A stretch of 64,000 nt of DNA from Candidatus Aenigmatarchaeota archaeon (GTDB taxonomy: Archaea; Aenigmatarchaeota; Aenigmatarchaeia; JACPZZ01), in the NCBI GenBank assembly GCA_016195275.1, contig JACPZZ010000019.1:6382-70381 (forward strand), given 5' to 3'. The translations under genes and the position numbers were made by a program. A model generated the notes under the pieces. That model was not told where the DNA came from. It saw only the letters and a list, made by a program, of their open reading frames with translations, and made no database searches. Below, piece by piece: positions 15,841 through 24,754 of this stretch (within the stretch, counting starts at the first letter, position 1; each line of letters opens with the position of its first letter).

Positions 15841-16886
15841 GCCTGCCCGATGGTTTCGGGATTTCTGTTTTCGCGGATTTCGGAGGTGAGGGATTGTCTT
15901 ACCCGGGCCCGAACAACGGTCCGCGTTTGATGGCGTTCAGAAACGGAACTTTGTTTGTCACAATGACAAAAGACGGCAAGGTTGTTGCCTTGCCCGACGA
16001 AAATAAGGACAGCAAGGCTGACAAGGTCGTTGTCTTTGCGGACAAGCTTAGAAATCCGCACGGAATCGCGCTGAATAAAGACTGGGTTTACATTGCCGAA
16101 GAGGACAAAGTTTCAAGGTTTAAAGATGCGAACTTTGACCTTGAGCCCGACAGCGAACCGGAGACAATGGTTTACAACATACCGACAGGCGGGCATTTCA
16201 CCAGAACTTTGCTGATACATAATAACAGCCTGTATATCAGCATAGGATCAAGTTGTAATGTCTGTTTCGAGGAAACGGGGATGAGGGGCGCCATAATACA
16301 ATGCGACCTTGAAGGCAACAACTGCTTGCTGTTTGCCTCGGGACTGAGGAATGCTGTCGGCATGGCGGTTAACGAAAAGACCCAGGAAATTTTCGCTACG
16401 GATAACGGGAGAGATTTGCTGGGCGATGACATTCCGCCGGAGGAGATAGACGTGCTTGTAAAGGGAAAAAATTACGGATGGCCTTTGTGCTACGGCAACA
16501 GGATACACGACACGGATTTTGACAAGAACATCTACATCAGGGACCCGTGCGCTGATACGGAACCGCCGGTCGTCGAAATGCAGGCGCATTCCGCGCCGCT
16601 CGGTTTAACTTTTTATCACGCTGACCAGTTCCCGGAAGAATACAGAGGAAACCTTTTTGTTGCATTCCACGGCTCATGGAACCGTAAAGAGCCGACGGGC
16701 TACAAGGTGGTACGCATAATAGTTGACGGCAACAAGACTGTTGTAAAGGATTTTGCAACAGGCTGGCTGTACGACGGAAAAGTGAGGGGAAGACCCGTTG
16801 ATGTCGTTGTTGCGCCGGACGGTTCGCTGTTTGTGTCCGATGACAATTCCGGCAGAATCTACAGGGTATACTATGAGGCGAATTGA
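15828..16886 (+). CDS. Soluble glucose/sorbosone dehydrogenase-family beta-propeller (PQQ-dependent family)
   Basis: 352 aa with family-like segments NPHGIAL, RNAVGMAVN, DNGRDLLGDDIPPEEI, KNYGWPLCYG, HSAPLGLTFY and PVDVVVAPDGSLFVSDD. The start is a GTG with no signal peptide in frame. Confidence 0.75.
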   Translation: MESISLPDGFGISVFADFGGEGLSYPGPNNGPRLMAFRNGTLFVTMTKDGKVVALPDENKDSKADKVVVFADKLRNPHGIALNKDWVYIAEEDKVSRFKDANFDLEPDSEPETMVYNIPTGGHFTRTLLIHNNSLYISIGSSCNVCFEETGMRGAIIQCDLEGNNCLLFASGLRNAVGMAVNEKTQEIFATDNGRDLLGDDIPPEEIDVLVKGKNYGWPLCYGNRIHDTDFDKNIYIRDPCADTEPPVVEMQAHSAPLGLTFYHADQFPEEYRGNLFVAFHGSWNRKEPTGYKVVRIIVDGNKTVVKDFATGWLYDGKVRGRPVDVVVAPDGSLFVSDDNSGRIYRVYYEAN

Positions 16887-16889
16887 CGA

Positions 16890-17588
16890 ATGGCGGAGAT
16901 AATCGAAGGCGGTGTCATAGAATCTTTTGAGGAAGTCCCTGATGTAAGGGTTGTCAGAATAAGGCCGGACAAATGGGTGGAATTCAAACCCGGCCAGTAT
17001 TTCCAGATATTCATACCAGAAGGCGAAGAAACCGTCAAGCCGTATTCAGTAGCCTCGCCGCCGTCCAACCGCAAATATCTGGAATTCTGCGTCAAAAGGG
17101 TTGAGGGCGGGCACGCATCCAATTTCATGTTTAATACTGAGCCGGGCGAGAGGTTAAAAATGCAGGGCCCGATGGGACGGTTCGTGCTACAGGAGCAAAT
17201 AACCAATGACATAATCTTCGCTGCAACAGGGACAGGCATATCTTCGATAAAGCCGATGATACGGACAATTTTTGAACGCGGAACAGACAGACAGATCTGG
17301 CTGTTTTTCGGCATCCGAACGGAAAATGACATAATTTATAAAAAAGATTTTGAAACGCTTGCTTCAAAACATAAAAACTTTCATTTTGTTCCTTCGCTTA
17401 GCAGGGCTTCCGAAGCGTGGAACGGCGAGCGCGGTTATGTTCAAGACGTGATGAAAAGGCTGATCAAGGACATAACAAACAAGGACATTTACCTGTGCGG
17501 CGTGGCTGAAATGGTGGAACAGATGCGAAAAATTGCTGAGCAACTGGGCTTTCCGAAGGAAAAGATACACTTTGAGAAATACGTTTGA
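16890..17588 (+). CDS. Ferredoxin-NADP reductase-like FAD/NAD(P)-binding oxidoreductase
   Basis: 232 aa with the FAD motif KPYSVAS, the segment GPMGRF, and the NAD-binding segment IIFAATGTGISS. Confidence 0.8.
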   Translation: MAEIIEGGVIESFEEVPDVRVVRIRPDKWVEFKPGQYFQIFIPEGEETVKPYSVASPPSNRKYLEFCVKRVEGGHASNFMFNTEPGERLKMQGPMGRFVLQEQITNDIIFAATGTGISSIKPMIRTIFERGTDRQIWLFFGIRTENDIIYKKDFETLASKHKNFHFVPSLSRASEAWNGERGYVQDVMKRLIKDITNKDIYLCGVAEMVEQMRKIAEQLGFPKEKIHFEKYV

Positions 17589-17664
17589 TTCGGTTTTAAT
17601 GGCAGTCTGACAGTTTTTTGCATATTTTTATGTCTGTTACGGGTATTATTATCGGTGATTATTG

Positions 17665-17721
17665 ATGTGCAGCACTTGTGGATGTGCCCCAATGGCCAAA
17701 TCTGCCAAGAAAAAGAAATGA
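17665..17721 (+). CDS. Possible 18-aa Cys-rich micro-ORF
   Basis: Hand translation gives MCSTCGCAPMAKSAKKKK-stop. An AT-rich box (ATATTTTTAT) lies about 35-45 nt upstream. Very speculative. Confidence 0.15.
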   Translation: MCSTCGCAPMAKSAKKKK

Positions 17722-17723
17722 TC

Positions 17724-17858
17724 TCAGGCCGCCTTCGGCTTTAACACAACATCGCAACTTCTGCACATGCCCGGTTTTTTGTACATTTTTTCGCATACGC
17801 GGCACGCAAAGACCAGCTTTGTCATGTTCTCTTCTTCATGCTCCTGTTCAGCAGCCAT
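17724..17858 (-). CDS. 44-aa zinc-ribbon protein (below the ORF-track cutoff)
   Basis: Hand translation gives MAAEQEHEEENMTKLVFACRVCEKMYKKPGMCRSCDVVLKPKAA-stop, with two CxxC pairs. It starts 5 nt after the glutaredoxin stop. Confidence 0.5.
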   Translation of the reverse strand: MAAEQEHEEENMTKLVFACRVCEKMYKKPGMCRSCDVVLKPKAA

Positions 17859-17862
17859 AAAA

Positions 17863-18150
17863 TCACTTCAGCTTCAAAAGCTTTTTCAGTGTGGGTACGT
17901 CGTAACCGATCACTATGTCACCGTCTATGTCCGTCACAGGAATGCCGGCCTGCCCGGACTTTTCAAACGCTTCCTCGGCCGCGCCCTTTACTTTTTCTAT
18001 GTCGCGATCCTCAAATTTGATTTTGTTCGCTTCCAGGAAGTCTTTAACCTTGTGGCACCAAGGGCACCATTCTGCAGTATACGATATAACCTTCAACGAA
18101 TCACCGATATTTCTTTTTGTAAACAGCAGGTTAAATAGGTTATCCAGCAT
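17863..18150 (-). CDS. Glutaredoxin-like protein (CPWC active site)
   Basis: ISYTAEWCPWCHKVKDFL...GIPVTDIDGDIVIGYD matches the Grx/NrdH fold pattern. The start chosen is Met18 of the track ORF (MLDNL...), which overlaps the upstream gene by 11 nt. Confidence 0.8.
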   Translation of the reverse strand: MLDNLFNLLFTKRNIGDSLKVISYTAEWCPWCHKVKDFLEANKIKFEDRDIEKVKGAAEEAFEKSGQAGIPVTDIDGDIVIGYDVPTLKKLLKLK

Positions 18151-18913
18151 CAACCCCGATCTCCGTTTCATTGAATATATCACCCAACCTTTTTGCCGCA
18201 TCCACGAGCCTTGGACCAGGCCTGTTCAGAAGCGAATCATCCATCACAACGACCTTATTATTTTTTACAGCATTCAGGTTTTGCCATCCGGGCCTTTGCA
18301 GTATAAATTTTTTGTCAGCCTTTTCGCCGAACCCGCACAAAGACATCAGGATAATCGCCGGATCAAATTCTGCCACTTCTTGCAGGGTGGTTTCACGGCT
18401 TATTTCCCCGCTCTTTATCATACTTTCCCCGCCGGCTATCCTGATTATATCGGGGACCCAGTTGCCTGACACTATGGGAGGGCGATGCCATTCCTCACAA
18501 TAAACTTTTTGACGGGATGCGCCCGCAGACCTCTTTATTTTATCAAGCCCGTTCATCATTTTGCGAACCAAAATCTCCGGTTCTTTTAATTTATTGCAGG
18601 CTTCGCCAACGGTTATTATGCTTTCGTAAACTTCGTCCAGATTTTTCGGATCCGTGTGAACGACATAAAAACCTTTTGCGCTCAGGGCCTTTGCAATCTT
18701 TTCCTGCAAAAACGTGGACGTGAATATCATATCAGGCTTAAGCGATTCTATTTTCCCGTATTCGGCGTCTATCCAGCCGCCAACTTTAGCTATTTTCTTA
18801 GCCTCTGCGGGATAATCGCAAAACCTTGTCACGCCCACTATTTGCGACCCCATACCAAGCGAAAAAAGTATCTCGGTGCTGCTTGGGGCCAAAGAAACTA
18901 TGCGAAAAGTCAT
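18140..18913 (-). CDS. Class III periplasmic-binding-protein fold (BtuF / cobalamin- or siderophore-binding-like), no signal peptide
   Basis: 257 aa. The opening MTFRIVSLAPSSTEILFSLGMGSQIVGVTRFCDYP is typical of the BtuF-like family. The domain starts at residue 1, with no leader or lipobox. Confidence 0.7.
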   Translation of the reverse strand: MTFRIVSLAPSSTEILFSLGMGSQIVGVTRFCDYPAEAKKIAKVGGWIDAEYGKIESLKPDMIFTSTFLQEKIAKALSAKGFYVVHTDPKNLDEVYESIITVGEACNKLKEPEILVRKMMNGLDKIKRSAGASRQKVYCEEWHRPPIVSGNWVPDIIRIAGGESMIKSGEISRETTLQEVAEFDPAIILMSLCGFGEKADKKFILQRPGWQNLNAVKNNKVVVMDDSLLNRPGPRLVDAAKRLGDIFNETEIGVDAG

Positions 18914-19443
18914 GGCGAACCCAGGAACTCCAGGATTTCCTTCGAATGCCCCACAGGATTTACTTTGTGGAATATTTTATCTATCACGCCTTTTTCGCTG
19001 ATTATGAAAGTCGTCCGTTCGACGCCCATGAATTCACGGCCCATGAAACTTTTCTTTTTCCAGACTCCGTACGATTTGCATATTTCCTTGCCCGGATCGC
19101 TTAGCAGCGAAAAATTCAGGCCGTGTTTTTTCTTGAATTTTCTGTGGGATTCGGTGCTGTCAGGGCTCACGCCAATCACAACCGCGCCTTTCGAGGCCAA
19201 CGTTCGGATGTCGTCCCTGAACGAGCAGGCTTCCTTGATACAACCGGGCGTGTCGTCTTTCGGATAAAAATACAGGATAACCTTCCTGTTTTTGAAATCG
19301 CTGAGGCGCACCTCCTTTCCAGAATCAATTTTAGCAGAAAAATTCGGCGCCCTGTCGCCTTCTTTGACAGTGCTTAAAATTTCGCCGGTCAACGCATCCG
19401 GTGCCATATTCTTAACTCTGCAGAATGTTATATATATTTTCAC
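18910..19443 (-). CDS. bcp: Peroxiredoxin, Bcp type
   Basis: The YFYPKDDTPGCIKEAC motif is present. The true start may be the internal Met (MAPDALTG...). It overlaps the next gene by 4 nt. Confidence 0.85.
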   Translation of the reverse strand: MKIYITFCRVKNMAPDALTGEILSTVKEGDRAPNFSAKIDSGKEVRLSDFKNRKVILYFYPKDDTPGCIKEACSFRDDIRTLASKGAVVIGVSPDSTESHRKFKKKHGLNFSLLSDPGKEICKSYGVWKKKSFMGREFMGVERTTFIISEKGVIDKIFHKVNPVGHSKEILEFLGSP

Positions 19444-19477
19444 CTGTCTAATATTCTAAGTTCAAGGTGCGTGTAAT

Positions 19478-19738
19478 TTGGCAAAGGTTTACAAGGTAGA
19501 ATACGACCGCAATAACTGCATAGGGGCGGGCATATGCGCTGCGTTAAATCCGGAAAATTTTAAGATCAATGACGACACGAAAGCGGATCTGATCGGCGCC
19601 ACATTTAATGAAAAAACCGGGATGTGGGAGAAAGAAATTACGGAAGAAGAATATGAAAAAATGATGGCTGCCGCAGGCGGCTGCCCTGTTCTTGTCATTC
19701 ATGTCATAGACAAAGAGACGGGCGAGAGGCTGGTTTAA
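19478..19738 (+). CDS. Small ferredoxin-like protein
   Basis: 86 aa with a TTG start. The Cys pattern is CIGAGICA ... GGCP, as in single-cluster ferredoxins. Confidence 0.6.
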   Translation: MAKVYKVEYDRNNCIGAGICAALNPENFKINDDTKADLIGATFNEKTGMWEKEITEEEYEKMMAAAGGCPVLVIHVIDKETGERLV

Positions 19739-19746
19739 CAGGCTTG

Positions 19747-20760
19747 TTATTTCCGGAGCAGGTTATACCACACGTTCAGGTCTTCGTAAGAGCCTTCTAC
19801 TTCAATGTCACTGGCCGCTTTTATCCTTACAGGCCGGTTTAGTCTTCCTGCGTAAATCCAGCCAAGGTTCGCGGACTGCTGGTTGACACCTCTGGATACA
19901 GCCCTGTTTTCCGCGTAAACCAGATGAACGCCGTCTCCGTAAAGTTTTAGAAGCTCTTCCGTTGCTGTATGCACGCAGGCCTGATTCAATCCGTTGCGTG
20001 TGTGATCCGGATGCGTAGCCTCGTCGCTGATCTCGCTGATCCTTAACAAGCCTCTGTCTGTAGGGATTTCCATGACTTCTGCGACAGCAACAGATGCGAT
20101 TTCGTCGTTCCCGTTTCTTGCAAGAACTGTTATGGAATTCGGATTTTGCACAAGCCCTGCCACATTTTGTTCTGTCAAAGGAAATACATATTCTTGATAG
20201 ACTGTGTTGTAAAGCTGGGTCAGGTTTCTTACATCCTGATCGCTTCTCACACCGCGGGCGGTTTCGATTCTGTAACCGTTTCGTCCGGCTTTTGAAGTCG
20301 GGTCCGTTTGTTTTGCGGTCCTTAAGGATTCGGCAATGATCGAATCTTCCTGGCGAAGAATGTTTTCGGGTTCAATTCTTTCCTTTTTGTTCTCTCCGAA
20401 ATATTGTACCCAAAAACCGTCCCACCCGCTGCCAGATAATGGGATAGGGTGCGTTTCAAAGCCGTTAAGATAAAATTCCGTATAAAATTCAGGCTGCGGT
20501 GCCCAAATGCCTGAAGGCCGTGCGGGTTCATAATCGATTTGTACCCTTTTTCGTGGCGTTGCTGTAAGCGGATAGTTAGTCACGAACCTAACGGATAATC
20601 TGGACGCATGGTTCGCATCTCTAAGCCTTCTGGCTTCTTCTATGAAGGTTGTCGCGGCATCCGGGTCTGCGATTACGGATCCGCAAAATCCTTTTACCCT
20701 GTCATTGTGCGCGTCGTACGTTGGCTCTACAGATCCGATTGAACTGGGCTGCATTGTCAT
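19747..20760 (-). CDS. Hypothetical protein with a possible C-terminal GNAT-like acetyltransferase fold
   Basis: 337 aa and visibly GC-richer than its neighbours. The C-terminal half (VLARNGNDEIASVAVAE...TRNGLNQA...) loosely fits GNAT motif A. Tentative. Confidence 0.4.
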   Translation of the reverse strand: MTMQPSSIGSVEPTYDAHNDRVKGFCGSVIADPDAATTFIEEARRLRDANHASRLSVRFVTNYPLTATPRKRVQIDYEPARPSGIWAPQPEFYTEFYLNGFETHPIPLSGSGWDGFWVQYFGENKKERIEPENILRQEDSIIAESLRTAKQTDPTSKAGRNGYRIETARGVRSDQDVRNLTQLYNTVYQEYVFPLTEQNVAGLVQNPNSITVLARNGNDEIASVAVAEVMEIPTDRGLLRISEISDEATHPDHTRNGLNQACVHTATEELLKLYGDGVHLVYAENRAVSRGVNQQSANLGWIYAGRLNRPVRIKAASDIEVEGSYEDLNVWYNLLRK

Positions 20761-20831
20761 AAGGACATAATAACGAGTTTATACTATATTAACTTAATGT
20801 TACTATAGTAACAAATATTAAGGGTGGTGTT

Positions 20832-21488
20832 ATGGTAACTGTAAGCCATATTGTGAAAAAGTTTGTCGACGATTCGTCCTGCCTTCACGAGTGCCTAGGC
20901 AAAAGCCTGTTAAATTATGCCTACACCGCGGAGTACCTGCGTCCGAAAGTCGAGGCTGAGCTGGGCAAGAAGATAAAATTATCAGCCATAATAATGGCTC
21001 TTAGGAGATACGGCGAAGGCCTTGAAAGAAAGTATGAAAGCAGGTTTCCTTTTGATTACAGGTCTGAAGTCACCCTTAAAGGCGGTATTGTGGATATAGC
21101 AATACAGAGGTCGCCGACGCTGTTCGCGAAACTAAGATTGCTTTACAATTCTACGGACTACGAAAGGGGCGACGTGCTTAATATCATACACGGAAACCAC
21201 GAGATAAGCCTGATAACAAATGAGAAAAACAGGGGAAAGGTTTTGAAGATTCTTGAGCATGAAAAAGTGCTCCATGTCGAGCCAAGGCTGGCTCAACTGT
21301 CTCTAAGGTTCCCGCGCGATTATATTTACACGCCCGGTGTCATATTGCAGATGGTGCGCGCATTAAACTGGGAGAACGTCAACATATTCGAGATCGTATC
21401 GACGTTAACAGAGGTTAATTTCATAGTCAGCGAAAAGGAGTCTGTAAAAGGCTACAGGGCGTTGCAGGAATTGGTTTCCAGAGGTTGA
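20832..21488 (+). CDS. Conserved hypothetical protein (218 aa)
   Basis: Protein-like ORF, possibly an ACT-like regulatory fold. No firm motif. Confidence 0.4.
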   Translation: MVTVSHIVKKFVDDSSCLHECLGKSLLNYAYTAEYLRPKVEAELGKKIKLSAIIMALRRYGEGLERKYESRFPFDYRSEVTLKGGIVDIAIQRSPTLFAKLRLLYNSTDYERGDVLNIIHGNHEISLITNEKNRGKVLKILEHEKVLHVEPRLAQLSLRFPRDYIYTPGVILQMVRALNWENVNIFEIVSTLTEVNFIVSEKESVKGYRALQELVSRG

Positions 21489-21866
21489 TTAGCGATCTTG
21501 CAGAGCTATCATCAGGGCGTACCAGGAAAGCAATGCGCATTTCAGCCTTGCAGGGCTTAACGAAATTCCAAGCGTTTTCAGAAACTGCTCCTTTGCCAGG
21601 GATTTAGCATCTTTAGAGGATTTGCCTCTTATTTCGTCAAGAAGCAAATCCGCGCTGGCCTGCGATATTGCGCAGCCAAAGCCGTTGAATTTGGCTTCCG
21701 ATATTTTCCCGTTCTCGATTTTCAGGTAGATGTCTACCGAATCGCCGCAAAGAGGGTTTGTTTCATGAACCTCGGCTGTAGCGTTTTTAATTTCGCCCCT
21801 GTTTACAGGGTCCTTGTACCGTTCCAAAATTTCTTCAGCATACATGTCAAGCATTTCAGACACCAA
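21489..21866 (-). CDS. sufU: SufU / IscU-like Fe-S scaffold
   Basis: 125 aa with NPLCGD, GFGCAIS and a C-terminal Cys (RLKCALL). Last gene of the suf operon. Confidence 0.85.
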   Translation of the reverse strand: MVSEMLDMYAEEILERYKDPVNRGEIKNATAEVHETNPLCGDSVDIYLKIENGKISEAKFNGFGCAISQASADLLLDEIRGKSSKDAKSLAKEQFLKTLGISLSPARLKCALLSWYALMIALQDR

Positions 21867-23079
21867 ATGTTTTCTTTACCTTGTTGATACCGTCAATCAG
21901 GCTATCGATATCGCCTTTATCGTTGTAGATATAGCCGCTTGCACGGGCAACCGCTTTAACGCCCAAACGCTTCATTAACGGCTGCGCACATGCATGACCG
22001 GAGCGTGTCGCTATTCCTTCCCTGTCGAGCAGGGATGCAACGTCGTGCGGATGGACGCCTTTGACGTTAAACGAAATAACACAGCCTTTCTTGTTTTCAT
22101 CCTGCGGGCCGTATGTTGATACATTATCAAGCTTTGAAAATTCGTTCAGGGCGTGTTTTGTTAACACGATTTCGTGTTTCCTTATTTTGTCAAGTCCAAT
22201 TTTTTTGAGGTAATTTACAGCTGCGTTAAGCCCTACAGCGCCTGCGACATTTGGAGTTCCGGCTTCGAATTTCCACGGAATGTCGTTGAAGTTTGTGTTT
22301 TCAAGAGTGACAGTTTTGATCATATCCCCGCCGTACATGAAAGGTTTCATGCTTTCCAGATGCTCTTCTTTTGCGTACAAAACGCCTATGCCCGTGGGGC
22401 CCAACATTTTGTGCCCCGAAAAGGCGAGAAAATCGCAGTCTAATTTTTGTACGTCGACGGGCATGTGAGGTACGGACTGCGCGGCGTCCACTAGAAATAA
22501 CGAACCGTTGTCGTGGGCAATTTTTGATATCTTATCCACTTCATTAATTGTCCCGAGCACGTTTGACGCGTGCGTAGTTGTTACAAGTTTTGTGCCTTTT
22601 GACACCATGCCGTTTAATTTTTTCAGGTTAATCCCGAAATTTTTTGTAATGTCCGCGAATTCCAGGTCCATTCCGTGGGAATTGATAAATTGCCATGGGA
22701 CTATGTTTGAATGATGTTCCATCACAGTCGATATTATCTTGCCGCCAGAAGGAGCGAGCGGTAAGAGGTACGAGTAGGCAACAAGGTTAATGCCTTCTGT
22801 TGCATTACGAACGAAAACAATCTCTTTTTCACTGTTTGCGTTTATCAGGCCCGCAACTGTTTTCCTTGCGTTCTCATACGCTTCCGTGGCCTCTTCGCCG
22901 AGCTTGTGGACGCTTCTTGATACGTTTGCGTTGCTGTTTTCGTAATAATCTTTTATCGCTTTAATTACCTGTACAGGTTTTTGCGAGGTTGCTGCCGAAT
23001 CAAGGTAAACAAGGTTTTTTCCGTTGATTTTCCTTTTCAGTATGGGAAAGTCCTTTTTTAATTTTTCAATGCCCTTCAT
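21856..23079 (-). CDS. sufS: Cysteine desulfurase, SufS type
   Basis: 407 aa with the PLP-Lys motif SGHKMLGPTGIG and the active-site segment RSGHACAQP. Confidence 0.9.
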   Translation of the reverse strand: MKGIEKLKKDFPILKRKINGKNLVYLDSAATSQKPVQVIKAIKDYYENSNANVSRSVHKLGEEATEAYENARKTVAGLINANSEKEIVFVRNATEGINLVAYSYLLPLAPSGGKIISTVMEHHSNIVPWQFINSHGMDLEFADITKNFGINLKKLNGMVSKGTKLVTTTHASNVLGTINEVDKISKIAHDNGSLFLVDAAQSVPHMPVDVQKLDCDFLAFSGHKMLGPTGIGVLYAKEEHLESMKPFMYGGDMIKTVTLENTNFNDIPWKFEAGTPNVAGAVGLNAAVNYLKKIGLDKIRKHEIVLTKHALNEFSKLDNVSTYGPQDENKKGCVISFNVKGVHPHDVASLLDREGIATRSGHACAQPLMKRLGVKAVARASGYIYNDKGDIDSLIDGINKVKKTFGV

Positions 23080-23081
23080 GG

Positions 23082-23399
23082 TCAGACCTCAACAGAGATT
23101 TTATTGTTTTCGATTTTTATTTTATACGTCCTGATCGGCCTTGTGGCAGGGGGATTTGTGGGGTGCCCGTCTGACAAATTGAACGCGGACAAATGCAAAG
23201 GGCACACAACGCTGTCCTCATTCAGAAATCCGTCTGACAAATCAGCTTCTGCGTGCGTGCATATGCGGTCAACTGCAAAAAATTTGCCGGAACGGTTGAC
23301 GATCATTATTTGTTTCCCTTCGATGTCAAATGGTTTCATTTCCCCTTCTTTCACGTCTTTTACATTGCACAATTCTATCGAATTTGTCATAGAAATCAT
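23082..23399 (-). CDS. Rieske [2Fe-2S] ferredoxin-like protein
   Basis: 105 aa with CTHAEADLSDG ... CPLHLSAF, the CxH...CxxH Rieske pattern. Confidence 0.8.
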   Translation of the reverse strand: MISMTNSIELCNVKDVKEGEMKPFDIEGKQIMIVNRSGKFFAVDRICTHAEADLSDGFLNEDSVVCPLHLSAFNLSDGHPTNPPATRPIRTYKIKIENNKISVEV

Positions 23400-24745
23400 C
23401 GGTACTTATAGTGGCCACTGAATATATCCTTTTCTTGGACGTCTTCGATGTGATCTTCCAAAGATGATAGGAATTCTTTTGAGGGTATGCTCATTTTTTC
23501 CCCTTTCCACTTTGAGTCTACTATGGATCTTGCTAATTTTCTTATGTGGCTAAGAGGTATTGTTTGTATCAAAGGCTCGAAAAAGCCGTAAACTAAAGTT
23601 TTTCTGGCATCGTTTTCGCTCAGGCCCCTGCTCATTAGGTAGAAAATTTGGTCTTCATTAACCTGGGATACGGATGCGGAGTGCGTTGCTTTAACGTCCT
23701 TATTTTTAATTTCCAGGCTAGGTATTGTATCGGCTTTTGCATCCTTGCTGAGAAGCATTGCGTATTCTGCCAGATAGGCATTCGAATTTTTGGCATTCTT
23801 GTTAATATCTATCATGCCTTTCATTACCGCATTAGCAGAATCTTTCATCACACCTTTTGATCTTGTCCTGCCTGTGGTTGATTCTCCTGTGTGAATGAGG
23901 TTGGACATTATATCAAATTTCTGAGTTTTATCCCCAAAAATTATTTGGTTGTCTATAGCTGTTGACCCATTTCCTTTTAGCACGCTGTCTACCTGAGATT
24001 TTGTGAATTTGCCGCCGAACATGCTTAGATTCCAGGATATTTGGCTATTGTTTTCACAGAAGCATTTTTTGATGTCCACGTCTGTTACATTGCTTCCTAA
24101 ATTTTGCAGTCCACCGAAGACGACTTGAGAGTTTTCACCCAAAAATATTTCTGTAAAGTTGGTAAACAACGATGGTTGTGGGTTATCTGTCAATGAATAG
24201 TTTTCTTCAATAAATGTGAAATAGCTTTGTGGATCTGCTATGATGATGTTTCTGGAAGATATGTTCTGCCTGTCTTCCAGTGATATGCTTCTAAAAGGAA
24301 TTTTTACATTTACATTTTTTGGAACATAAAGAAATATACCGTTGCTGAAGAAGGCTGAGTTAAAAGATTCTAATTTGTTCTCGCTTTTCATATTTTCCAG
24401 AAGATATCTTTTGATTAAGTTTGGACACTTTTCTATTGCGGTTATAATATCGGTGAATATAATTCCGTATTTTTTCAGTTCCGGATTAATTTCGGATATA
24501 AAAATATTGCTGCCGTTCCGGATTAATGTAATGCTATCGGAATCTTTCAAATATTCCGGTATCTCTCCTGACTTTTTTGAATTTTGGCTAAATTTTTCTA
24601 AGTTTAAGCAGTTTTCATCCGTATATTTTGTAAACAGGGAAGATTGTTCTAATGGAAGATTATTGAAAGACTCAAAAGATTTTTTTCTGAAACCTTTTAA
24701 CCATCCAGCTTCTTTATTGGTAGATTCTAAAATAAGGTTTTGCAT
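23396..24745 (-). CDS. sufD: Fe-S cluster assembly protein SufD
   Basis: 449 aa with a SufB/D-family beta-helix C-terminal region. It sits between sufB and sufS. Confidence 0.8.
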   Translation of the reverse strand: MQNLILESTNKEAGWLKGFRKKSFESFNNLPLEQSSLFTKYTDENCLNLEKFSQNSKKSGEIPEYLKDSDSITLIRNGSNIFISEINPELKKYGIIFTDIITAIEKCPNLIKRYLLENMKSENKLESFNSAFFSNGIFLYVPKNVNVKIPFRSISLEDRQNISSRNIIIADPQSYFTFIEENYSLTDNPQPSLFTNFTEIFLGENSQVVFGGLQNLGSNVTDVDIKKCFCENNSQISWNLSMFGGKFTKSQVDSVLKGNGSTAIDNQIIFGDKTQKFDIMSNLIHTGESTTGRTRSKGVMKDSANAVMKGMIDINKNAKNSNAYLAEYAMLLSKDAKADTIPSLEIKNKDVKATHSASVSQVNEDQIFYLMSRGLSENDARKTLVYGFFEPLIQTIPLSHIRKLARSIVDSKWKGEKMSIPSKEFLSSLEDHIEDVQEKDIFSGHYKYR

Positions 24746-24754
24746 GGAATCAGC

